A stretch of DNA of 45,168 bases, taken from assembly GCA_032718475.1 (NCBI GenBank), contig JAUCBJ010003504.1, positions 1-45,168 on the forward strand, given 5' to 3'. The position numbers and the translations under genes are program-made. Below are positions 13,401-25,300 of the stretch, one piece after another; positions within the stretch are counted from its first letter, which is position 1, and each line of letters opens with the position of its first letter. Source of the DNA: Nemertoderma westbladi. Its lineage: Eukaryota; Animalia; Xenacoelomorpha. Below the pieces are notes generated by a model. The model saw only the letters and a program-made list of their open reading frames with translations. It was not told the origin of the DNA and ran no database searches.

Positions 13401-16400
13401 CTCTAGGAAGTGCGGAATAAATCCAATGGACTCTAGGAATGGCGGAATAAATCCAATGGACTCTAGGAATGGCGGAATAAATCCAATGGACTCTAGGAAT
13501 GGCGGAATAAAACCAATGGAGACTAGGTAGTGCGGAATAAATCCAATGGACTCTAGGAATGGCGGAATAAATCCAATGGACTCTACGGACCATGGCGGAA
13601 TCAAAATCCAATGGAGACTAGGAAGTGCGGAATAAATCCAATGGACTCTAGGAATGGCGGAATAAAACCAATGGAGACTAGGAAGTGCGGAATAAATCCA
13701 ATGGACTCTAGGAATGGCGGAATAAATCCAATGGACTCTAGGAATGGCGGAATAAATCCAATGGACTCTAGGAATGGCGGAATAAAACCAATGGAGACTA
13801 GGTAGTGCGGAATAAATCCAATGGACTCTAGGAATGGCGGAATAAAACCAATGGAGACTAGGAAGTGCGGAATAAATCCAATGGACTCTAGGAATGGCGG
13901 AATAAAACCAATGGAGACTAGGAAGTGCGGAATAAATCCAATGGACTCTAGGAATGGCGGAATAAAACCAATGGACTCTAGGAAGTGCGGAATAAATCCA
14001 ATGGACTCTAGGAATGGCGGAATAAATCCAATGGACTCTAGGAATGGCGGAATAAATCCAATGGACTCTAGGAATGGCGGAATAAAACCAATGGAGACTA
14101 GGTAGTGCGGAATAAATCCAATGGACTCTAGGAATGGCGGAATAAAACCAATGGAGACTAGGAAGTGCGGAATAAATCCAATGGACTCTAGGAATGGCGG
14201 AATAAAACCAATGGACTCTAGGAAGTGCGGAATAAATCCAATGGACTCTAGGAATGGCGGAATAAATCCAATGGACTCTAGGAATGGCGGAATAAATCCA
14301 ATGGACTCTAGGAATGGCGGAATAAAACCAATGGAGACTAGGAAGTGCGGAATAAATCCAATGGACTCTAGGAATGGCGGAATAAAACCAATGGACTCTA
14401 GGAAGTGCGGAATAAATCCAATGGACTCTAGGAATGGCGGAATAAATCCAATGGACTCTAGGAATGGCGGAATAAATCCAATGGACTCTAGGAATGGCGG
14501 AATAAAACCAATGGAGACTAGGAAGTGCGGAATAAATCCAATGGACTCTAGGAATGGCGGAATAAAACCAATGGAGACTAGGAAGTGCGGAATAAATCCA
14601 ATGGACTCTAGGAATGGCGGAATAAAACCAATGGACTCTAGGAAGTGCGGAATAAATCCAATGGACTCTAGGAATGGCGGAATAAATCCAATGGACTCTA
14701 GGAATGGCGGAATAAATCCAATGGACTCTAGGAATGGCGGAATAAAACCAATGGAGACTAGGTAGTGCGGAATAAATCCAATGGACTCTAGGAATGGCGG
14801 AATAAATCCAATGGACTCTAGGAATGGCGGAATAAAACCAATGGAGACTAGGAAGTGCGGAATAAATCCAATGGACTCTAGGAATGGCGGAATAAAACCA
14901 ATGGACTCTAGGAAGTGCGGAATAAATCCAATGGACTCTAGGAATGGCGGAATAAATCCAATGGACTCTAGGAATGGCGGAATAAATCCAATGGACTCTA
15001 GGAATGGCGGAATAAAACCAATGGAGACTAGGTAGTGCGGAATAAATCCAATGGACTCTAGGAATGGCGGAATAAAACCAATGGAGACTAGGAAGTGCGG
15101 AATAAATCCAATGGACTCTAGGAATGGCGGAATAAAACCAATGGACTCTAGGAAGTGCGGAATAAATCCAATGGACTCTAGGAATGGCGGAACAATCTAA
15201 CAGACTATGTAGGAAGGGCGGAATAAATCCAATGGACTCTAGGAATGGCGGAATAAAACCAATGGAGACTAGGTAGTGCGGAATAAATCCAATGGACTCT
15301 AGGAATGGCGGAATAAATCCAATGGACTCTAGGAATGGCGGAATAAATCCAATGGACTCTAGGAATGGCGGAATAAAACCAATGGAGACTAGGAAGTGCG
15401 GAATAAATCCAATGGACTCTAGGAATGGCGGAATAAAACCAATGGAGACTAGGAAGTGCGGAATAAATCCAATGGACTCTAGAAATGGCGGAACAATCTA
15501 ACAGACTATGTAGGAAGGGCGGAATAAATCCAATGGACTCTAGGAATGGCGGAATAAAACCAATGGAGACTAGGAAGTGCGGAATAAATCCAATGGACTC
15601 TAGAAATGGCGGAACAATCTAACAGACTATGTAGGAAGGGCGGAATAAATCCAATGGACTCTAGGAATGGCGGAATAAATCCAATGGAGACTAGGAAGTG
15701 CGGAATAAATCCAATGGAGACTAGGAAGTGCGGAATAAATCCAATGGACTCTATGAATGGCGGAATAAATCCAATGGACTCTAGGAATGGCGGAATAAAA
15801 CCAATGGAGACTAGGAAGTGCGGAATATATCCAATGGACTCTAGAAATGGCGGAACAATCTAACAGACTATGTAGGAAGGGCGGAATAAATCCAATGGAC
15901 TCTAGGAATGGCGGAATAAATCCAATGGAGACTAGGAAGTGCGGAATAAATCCAATGGAGACTAGGAAGTGCGGAATAAATCCAATGGACTCTAGGAATG
16001 GCGGAATAAATCCAATGGACTCTAGGAATGGCGGAATAAAACCAATGGAGACTAGGAAGTGCGGAATAAATCCAATGGACTCTAGGAATGGCGGAATAAA
16101 ACCAATGGAGACTAGGAAGTGCGGAATAAATACAATGGACTCTAGGAATGGCGGAATAAAACCAATGGACTCTAGGAATGGCGGAATAAATCCAATGGAC
16201 TCTAGGAATGGCGGAATAAAACCAATGGAGACTAGGAAGTGCGGAATAAATCCAATGGAGACTAGGAAGTGCGGAATAAATCCAATGGAGACTAGGAAGT
16301 GCGGAATAAAACCAATGGACTCTAGGAATGGCGGAATAAAACCAATGGACTCTAGGAATGGCGGAATAAATCCAATGGACTCTAGGAATGGTGGAATAAA

Positions 16401-19304
16401 ACCAATGGAGACTAGGAAGTGCGGAATATATCCAATGGACTCTAGGAATGGCGGAATAAAACCAATGGAGACTAGGAAGTGCGGAATAAATACAATGGAC
16501 TCTAGGAATGGCGGAATAAAACCAATGGACTCTAGGAATGGCGGAATAAATCCAATGGACTCTAGGAATGGCGGAATAAAACCAATGGAGACTAGGAAGT
16601 GCGGAATAAAACCAATGGACTCTAGGAATGGCGGAATAAATCCAATGGAGACTAGGAAGTGCGGAATAAATCCAATGGAGACTAGGAAGTGCGGAATAAA
16701 ACCAATGGACTCTAGGAATGGCGGAATAAAACCAATGGACTCTAGGAATGGCGGAATAAATCCAATGGACTCTAGGAATGGTGGAATAAAACCAATGGAG
16801 ACTAGGAAGTGCGGAATAAATACAATGGACTCTAGGAATGGCGGAATAAAACCAATGGACTCTAGGAATGGCGGAATAAATCCAATGGACTCTAGGAATG
16901 GTGGAATAAAACCAATGGAGACTAGGAAGTGCGGAATAAATCCAATGGACTCTAGGAATGGCGGAATAAAACCAATGGAGACTAGGAAGTGCGGAATAAA
17001 TACAATGGACTCTAGGAATGGCGGAATAAAACCAATGGACTCTAGGAATGGCGGAATAAAACCAATGGACTCTAGGAATGGCGGAATAAAACCAATGGAG
17101 ACTAGGAAGTGCGGAATAAATACAATGGACTCTAGGAATGGCGGAATAAAACCAATGGACTCTAGGAATGGCGGAATAAAACCAATGGACTCTAGGAATG
17201 GCGGAATAAATCCAATGGACTCTAGGAATGGTGGAATAAAACCAATGGAGACTAGGAAGTGCGGAATAAATACAATGGACTCTAGGAATGGCGGAATAAA
17301 ACCAATGGACTCTAGGAATGGCGGAATAAATCCAATGGACTCTAGGAATGGTGGAATAAAACCAATGGAGACTAGGAAGTGCGGAATATATCCAATGGAC
17401 TCTAGGAATGGCGGAATAAAACCAATGGAGACTAGGAAGTGCGGAATAAATCCAATGGACTCTAGGAATGGCGGAATAAAACCAATGGACTCTAGGAATG
17501 GCGGAATAAATCCAATGGACTCTAGGAATGGCGGAATAAAACCAATGGAGACTAGGAAGTGCGGAATAAATCCAATGGAGACTAGGAAGTGCGGAATAAA
17601 TCCAATGGAGACTAGGAAGTGCGGAATAAATCCAATGGACTCTAGGAATGGCGGAATAAAACCAATGGAGACTAGGAAGTGCGGAATAAAACCAATGGAC
17701 TCTAGGAATGGCGGAATAAAACCAATGGACTCTAGGAATGGCGGAATAAATCCAATGGACTCTAGGAATGGTGGAATAAAACCAATGGAGACTAGGAAGT
17801 GCGGAATATATCCAATGGACTCTAGGAATGGCGGAATAAAACCAATGGAGACTAGGAAGTGCGGAATAAATACAATGGACTCTAGGAATGGCGGAATAAA
17901 ACCAATGGACTCTAGGAATGGTGGAATAAAACCAATGGAGACTAGGAAGTGCGGAATATATCCAATGGACTCTAGGAATGGCGGAACAATCTAACAGACT
18001 ATGTAGGAAGGGCGGAATAAATCCAATGGACTCTAGGAATGGCGGAATAAAACCAATGGAGACTAGGAAGTGCGGAATAAAACCAATGGACTCTAGGAAT
18101 GGCGGAATAAAACCAATGGAGACTAGGTAGTGCGGAATATATCCAATGGACTCTAGGAAGTGCGGAATAAATCCAATGGAGACTAGGAAGTGCGGAATAA
18201 AACCAATGGACTCTAGGAATGGCGGAATAAATCCAATGGACTCTAGGAATGGCGGAATAAATCCAATGGACTCTAGGAATGGCGGAATAAAACCAATGGA
18301 CTCTAGGAATGGCGGAATAAATCCAATGGACTCTAGGAATGGTGGAATAAAACCAATGGAGACTAGGAAGTGCGGAATATATCCAATGGACTCTAGGAAT
18401 GGCGGAATAAAACCAATGGACTCTAGGAATGGCGGAATAAATCCAATGGACTCTAGGAATGGCGGAATAAAACCAATGGAGACTAGGAAGTGCGGAATAA
18501 ATACAATGGACTCTAGGAATGGCGGAATAAAACCAATGGACTCTAGGAATGGCGGAATAAATCCAATGGACTCTAGGAATGGCGGAATAAAACCAATGGA
18601 GACTAGGAAGTGCGGAATAAAACCAATGGACTCTAGGAATGGCGGAATAAAACCAATGGACTCTAGGAATGGCGGAATAAAACCAATGGACTCTAGGAAT
18701 GGCGGAATAAAACCAATGGAGAATAGGAAGTGCGGAATATATCCAATGGACTCTAGGAATGGCGGAATAAAACCAATGGAGACTAGGAAGTGCGGAATAA
18801 ATACAATGGACTCTAGGAATGGCGGAATAAAACCAATGGAGACTAGGAAGTGCGGAATAAATACAATGGACTCTAGGAATGGCGGAATAAAACCAATGGA
18901 GACTAGGAAGTGCGGAATAAATCCAATGGACTCTAGGAATGGCGGAATAAAACCAATGGAGACTAGGAAGTGCGGAATAAATACAATGGACTCTAGGAAT
19001 GGCGGAATAAAACCAATGGAGACTAGGAAGTGCGGAATAAATCCAATGGACTCTAGGAATGGCGGAATAAATCCAATGGACTCTAGGAATGGCGGAATAA
19101 AACCAATGGAGACTAGGAAGTGCGGAATAAAACCAATGGACTCTAGGAATGGCGGAATAAAACCAATGGACTCTAGGAATGGCGGAATAAATCCAATGGA
19201 CTCTAGGAATGGCGGAATAAAACCAATGGAGACTAGGAAGTGCGGAATAAATCCAATGGACTCTAGGAATGGCGGAACAATCTAACAAACTATGTAGGAA
19301 GGGC
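4411..19304. repeat. ~14.9-kb satellite of 30-bp monomers (A: AATAAATCCAATGGACTCTAGGAATGGCGG; B: AATAAAACCAATGGAGACTAGGAAGTGCGG) with rare 31-bp monomers (AACAATCTAACAGACTATGTAGGAAGGGCGG)
   Basis: About 495 highly homogeneous monomers; all ORFs here are translations of the repeat. Confidence 0.98.
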
Positions 19305-19708
19305 CGAGAGGGACAGAGGATGAAGGAAGCTGCCGTTATGTTTCCCTTTGTGTTGCTGTTGTCTAACTAAACGTAAAATAATTGGAATTCAAATGGAAAT
19401 GCAAATACAATTACACCGACAATTCAAATACTAATTGCTTCATTGGTATTGTGAATACATGGTAATTGTGACTTACGTAGCATTAATTGTAGAAAGAATG
19501 ATTCGATACCTTTAATTTAAATTTTGTTACGTTATTGTGGGGGGCGGGGGGGGGGGGGGGTTGGGTGGGGTGGCCACATACGGACATATAATGGTACACT
19601 TGTTTTGGCAGTTGTATAAATCGATAAGATTAATTTAAGTGATCAGAGTAGAGGCACAGCCTATTTGAATTACCTTAGTAAGGAAACAAAATAAGTTAAG
19701 TAATAATA

Positions 19709-21604
19709 CGGTGGTGATTTGCGGCCTTTTCCCTTTTACCTTAATTAAATAATTTTACTCTTTACCTTTTTCAATAATTTTACTCTTTACCTTCCAAATA
19801 ATTTTACTCTTTCTTTACCTTTTTCAATAATTTTACTCTTTACCTTTTTTAATAATTTTACTCTTTACCTTTTCCAATAATTTGACACTTTTCAACAAGC
19901 AGACTTGGCCTTAACTGTTATAAATTGAACCGTTAGGGGTTAAGTACCGGTATTCATCTAGCCTATATTGTACTGTACCCTACCCGTTATTGAACGGAAC
20001 TGAAACAGTGTTAAATAAATATTTGAATTAGGCCTACTACATAGCTATCTATTACGAGGCGGTTTATATTGACTACGAATTGTTACGAAAGTTATGTTTG
20101 ATTTTAATTGTTAATGTTGTTTATCTGTGATATGTTTCACAATGAAAACGTTTTGTATCTTATAGTTCCTCCTTTCATATCCTTAAGGGGGGGGGGGGGG
20201 GGGGGGGGGGGTTGACTAATTAACCAAAAATGTTCGTTCCCTTATTTAGGAGGCTTCGTTTTACCCAAGATTATTAATCAAGCAAGCAGTCGGCCGAAGC
20301 CGGAGGCGACCCGAAGGCTCCTCTTTCGATAGCTGCTACCCGAGGAGGGTAGGGGTGTGTTCGCGCTTTTAGACCTTTAGTAGCAGTTTAACCTGCCAAA
20401 TTTAGGTGTCTTTTTGGTTATAAATCGACTTTAGCCTATCACAAGTATTTGATACACATAAAGCTACATTAGCCGAAGCCAGCCTATGCGCGATCATTCA
20501 CCCACGGTTAAGGGAGACTGGATTCGGATGCTTCAACCTTATTGCGGTGTAGACCTACTGTATTATTCGATTGATCGTTAATATAATCTCTGACAAATAT
20601 TATTCACTTTCGGGAAATATTAACAGTTCCTTTAGGACGTGGCGCTCTAAGTATGTAAACAGAGTTATGACTTACACTAAACACAACGGGATGGCTAATG
20701 ATTCACGTATAAAGCGCATTCTTTAGGAGATGCTTTGTTATCTATCACACTCATGCACACTACCGCACACTGCTGCACACTGATCTGCCGACCTTCACCA
20801 ATTTTAATCATATATAAGGAGAACAGCAACTGACACATGTAGGGTCTATGAAATAGCATTCAATTCACTCCAAAACCACTATAAGGTAAGTCGCAATTGC
20901 TATATGTAACCGGTCTCTCTAACCTTCAGTATATCAAGAAGATTGGGGTTTTCTGATTATTTATCGATATTCTCCAAATATAACAACATTCCATTAACTG
21001 ATAACAATTAATAACCGACAGTAAATAGCAGTAAAATAATGCGGTGAAAGATTGAGTTGATTTGCTATGAGTCTGCTTTGATAACAGTTATACGTTTCTA
21101 TGTTATTCGTTTATACGTTTCACTAGCAAGCCAGATTTCCGCAAATGATGAGAATTCCACATTTCTCTTATTGAATTCAGCAACCGTTGCAATAGATCCA
21201 TATACACATACCGGATCAGTTCTATATGGATCCGATTAGAAGTAGTGATGACACTATAACCATCCAACTGAGCGAAGTGTTCAATTTGTTATTGAAAAAG
21301 GTAAAGAGTAAAATTATTGAAAAAGGTAAAGAGTAAAATTATTGAAAAAGGTAAAGAGTAAAATTATTGAAAAAGGTAAAGAGTAAAATTATTGAAAAAG
21401 GTAAAGAGTAAAATTATTGAAAAAGGTAAAGAGTAAAATTATTGAAAAAGGTAAAGAGTAAAATTATTGAAAAAGGTAAAGAGTAAAATTATTAAGAAAG
21501 GTAAAGAGTAAAATTATTTGGAAGGTAAAAGTAAAATTATTTGTAAGGTAAAGAGTAAAATTATTGAATTAAGGTAAAAGGGAAAAGGCCGCAAATCACC
21601 ACCG
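19709..21604. mobile_element. Non-autonomous foldback-like TIR DNA transposon with TA TSD and 25-bp subterminal tandem repeats
   Basis: TA|CGGTGGTGATTTGCGGCCTTTTCCCTTTTACCTTAATT at left is mirrored exactly by AATTAAGGTAAAAGGGAAAAGGCCGCAAATCACCACCG|TA at right; inverted arrays of AATTTTACTCTTTACCTTTTTCAAT at ~19747-19885 and ~21288-21568; no transposase ORF. Confidence 0.9.
20281..20430 (-). mobile_element. Possible SINE remnant (3' tail and core fragment)
   Basis: Minus strand ...CCCCTACCCTCCTCGGGTAGCAGCTATCGAAAGAGGAGCCTTCGGGTCGCCTCCGGCTTCGGCCGACTGCTTGCTT is GC-rich, hairpin-forming, ends in a short simple repeat, and resembles from memory the tails of invertebrate tRNA-derived SINEs; no tRNA head seen. 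Confidence 0.35.
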
Positions 21605-22307
21605 TAAATAATAGAGTTTATTTTAGCTTAATTTAACGGCTTTGAATGAAATTCCCATGTCTTTAAACAACGTAACATTTTTTAGTCCAACAATTGGTTA
21701 GGGCAAGGTTATTTTTTTCTTTAGGTTTTACTAACTGAAATGGACTGCATATGACGTTATCAAGCTGTACATGCGATATCATAAATTTGCTATAGGAACT
21801 GATTCCTGAAGAACGACCAACGAACAACATATTATCGCTCTTTCGGAAATGGCCAAGGCTGCTAGAGAAATGGCCCACTACCAGTACTAGTATGGAGATC
21901 AAAGGGTTATTATTATTGAGCTGGTAGCGAGCGGCTATGTCTGAGATTGAATTACTTCAATTTAAAATCTTACAACAAAGTAATAATTTCCATTGGTTGT
22001 AAACGAAACATCCAATAAAAGTTACAAATGTATGTGAATAAACGAGCCAATTGGAAACCAACATGATTAATAAAAATTCGGCTTATTATATTGCGCTTAA
22101 AAATTTAATTTGATAAAGAAAGTATTAAAGAAAACTTTGTGACTTATATTACCTTACCAAAGCCGGTAGTATAACGCGTCCATCGAGAAAGAATTCTTCT
22201 AACTCACTGCACGCTGTTTCATTACAGCTGTGCACGTTGAGGTTATTTTTAATTACCTTTACAAAGGGGTTAGAAAGTAAAATACGCCGTTCACCGATTG
22301 TAAATTG

Positions 22308-25300
22308 TGTGGTGGGGACAGGGCAGTACTGCCTCCACCAGTAGTGTGGGGACAGGGCATTACTGCCTCCGCCACCAGTGTGGGGACATGGCAGTATTAA
22401 TTGCCTCCACCAGTAGTGTGGGGACAGCACAGTACTGCCTCCATCAGGCAGTATTAATTGCCTCCATGTGATGGGATCAGGGGATCCCGACCGGTTTATT
22501 AAGATACGCGTCACCGTGTAATTGAGAAGAAGATAGTTTGTCATTATCGCTCTGATATTGTTATAGGTTAACTGATATAATATCTGGTAGCACAGTTGAC
22601 AGAATTGGTTTGTGAATATACTGATAATATGAATGTTGTACCGGTAGTGACGGTGACGGTGCGAAATGTCACCGGTCTGCACTGAGTGACTGAGTAAACT
22701 AAACTGACCAGTATGGTATGCAATATAATATATGTGATTGTCACTCCTACATTACTTTGGCCTCTCAATCTAGCGGATGCTTCCCTCGCCCTTATCGGCT
22801 AATAGTCTAATTCTCGCCTCTCACCTCTGTGGGAGTGCTCCCCCCTGCTGCTGTTACTTCCCTCTCAAGGTGGTTTGACCTCTAACCTCCCTTTGCGTGG
22901 CCTTCGGGGCTGTGCGTTGTCCCCTTTATTGGGTGTGATACGAGATTAGTTGTGATTAATCTCGTATCTCCAATATTGCTGAAAAAGCGCCACTTCCCAA
23001 CTTTATGGGGATAGTGAGGCGGAATTGAATCCGCTCACACTCCACCAGTAGTGTGTGGACAGCACAGTACTGCCTCCATCACTAGTGTGGGGACAGGGCA
23101 GATCTGCCCCCACCGGTGTGTGGGGGACAGGGCAGTACTGCCTCCACCAGTGCACCAGTAGTGTGGAGCCAGGGCAGTGTTGCCTCCACCAGTGCACCAG
23201 TAGTGTGGAGCCAGGGCAGTATTGCCTCCACCAGTAGTATGGGGACAGGGCAGTACAGCCTCCACCAGTAGTGTGGGAACAGCTTCCACCAGTGCACCAG
23301 TAGTGTGAGGACAGGGCAGTACTGCCTCCACTAGTAGTGTAGGGACATGGCAGTACTGACTCCACCAGTAGTGTGGGGACAAGGCAGTACTGCCTCCACC
23401 AGTGCACCAGTAGTGCAGGGACATGGCAGTATTGCCTCCACCAGTACTATGGGGACAGGGCAGTATACAGCCTCCACCAGTAGTGTGGGGACAGGGTAAT
23501 ACTGCTTCCACCACTGCACCAGTAGTGTGGGGACAGGACAGTACTGCCTCCACCAGTAGTGTGTTGACAGGACTGTACTGCCTCCACCAGTAGTGTGGGG
23601 ACAGGGCAGTACAGTACTCCCCACCAGTAGTGTGGGGAGGGCAGTACTGCCTCCACAAGTAGTGTGGAGACAGGGCAGTACTGCCACCACCAGTAGTGTG
23701 GCGACAGGGCATTACTGCCTCCACCACCAGTGTGGGGACATGGCAGTATTAATTGCCTCCACCAGTAGTGTGGGGACAGGACAGTACTGCCTCCATCAGT
23801 AGTGTGGGGACAGGGCAGATCTGCCCCCACCGGTGTGTGGGGGACAGGGCAGTACTGCCTCCACCGGTGTGTGGGCACAGGGCAGTACTACCTCCATATG
23901 TAGTGTGGGGACAGGGCAGTACTGCCTCCAACAGTAGTGTGGGGACAGGGCAGTACTGCCTCCACCAGTGCACCAGTAGTGTGGGGACAGGGCAGTACTG
24001 CCTCCACCGGTGTGTGGGGACCGGGCTGTACTGCCTCCACCAGTAGTGTGGGGACAGGGCTGTACTGCCTCCACCAGTAGTGTGGGGACAGGGCTGTACT
24101 GCCTCCACCAGTAGTGTGGGGACAGGGCTGTACTACCTCCACCAGTCATGTGGGGACAGGGCAGTACGCCTCCACCGGTGTGTGGGGACAGGGCAGTACT
24201 GCCTCCACCAGTAGTGTAGGGACATGGCAGTACTGACTCCACCAGTAGTGTGGGGACAAGGCAGTACTGTCTCCACCAGTAAGTAGTGTGGGGACAGGGC
24301 AGTACTGCCTCCACCAGTGCACCAGTAGTGTGGAGACAGGGCAGTATTGCCTCCACCAGTAGTATGGGGACAGGGCAGTACAGCCTCCACCAGTAGTGTG
24401 GGAACAGCTTCCACCAGTGCACCAGTAGTGTGAGGACAGGGCAGTACTGCCTCCACCAGTAGTGTAGGGACATGGCAGTACTGACTCCACCAGTAGTGTG
24501 GGGACAAGGCAGTACTGTCTCCACCAGTAAGTAGTGTGGGGACAGGGCAGTACTGCCTCCACCAGTGCACCAGTAGTGTGGAGACAGGGCAGTATTGCCT
24601 CCACCAGTAGTATGGGGACATGGCAGTACTGACTCCACCAGTAGTGTGGGGACAAGGCAGTACTGTCTCCACCAGTAAGTAGTGTGGGGACAGGGCAGTA
24701 CTGCCTCCACCAGTGCACCAGTAGTGTGGAGACAGGGCAGTATTGCCTCCACCAGTAGTATGGAGACAGGACTGTACTGCCTCCACCAGTAGTGTGGGGA
24801 CAGGGCAGTACTGCCTCCACAAGTAGTGTGTTGACAGGACTGTACTGCCTCCACCAGGAGTGTGGGGACAGGGCAGTACAGTACTCCCCACCAGTAGTGT
24901 GGGGAGGGCAGTACTGCCTCCACAAGTAGTGTGTTGACAGGACTGTACTGCCTCCACCAGGAGTGTGGGGACAGGGCAGTACAGTACTCCCCACCAGTAG
25001 TGTGGGGAGGGCAGTACTGCCTCCACAAGTAGTGTGTTGACAGGACTGTACTGCCTCCACCAGGAGTGTGGGGACAGGGCAGTACAGTACTCCCCACCAG
25101 TAGTGTGGGGAGGGCAGTACTGCCTCCACAAGTAGTGTGGGGACAGGGCATTACTGCCTCCACCACCAGTGTGGGGACATGGCAGTATTAATTGCCTCCA
25201 CCAGTAGTGTGGGGACAGGACAGTACTGCCTCCACCAGTAGTGTGGGGACAGGGCATTACTGCCTCCACCACCAGTGTGGGGACATGGCAGTATTAATTG

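Noticed and set aside
13255-13612. Aberrant satellite units (GCGCGG at ~13260; CTCTACGGACCATGGCGGAATCAAAATCC at ~13581-13609)
   Set aside because: Clustered single-base insertions in otherwise homogeneous units look like long-read consensus errors.
4443-19288. Very long ORFs in the 30-bp satellite (up to 1401 aa)
   Set aside because: A 30-bp period keeps several frames open on both strands; a recurrent stop variant (GGTAGT) and 31-bp units break frames; there is no unique coding flank.
4411-19304. CRISPR-like array
   Set aside because: Monomers abut with no unique spacers, no cas genes, and the context is eukaryotic.
22776-22812. U2 snRNA 5' end or HDV-like ribozyme (ATGCTTCCCTCGCCCTTATCGGCTAA)
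   Set aside because: Lacks the U2 GTGTAGTA branch-pairing sequence, HDV P1/P3 pairings could not be built, and it lies inside the solo LTR.
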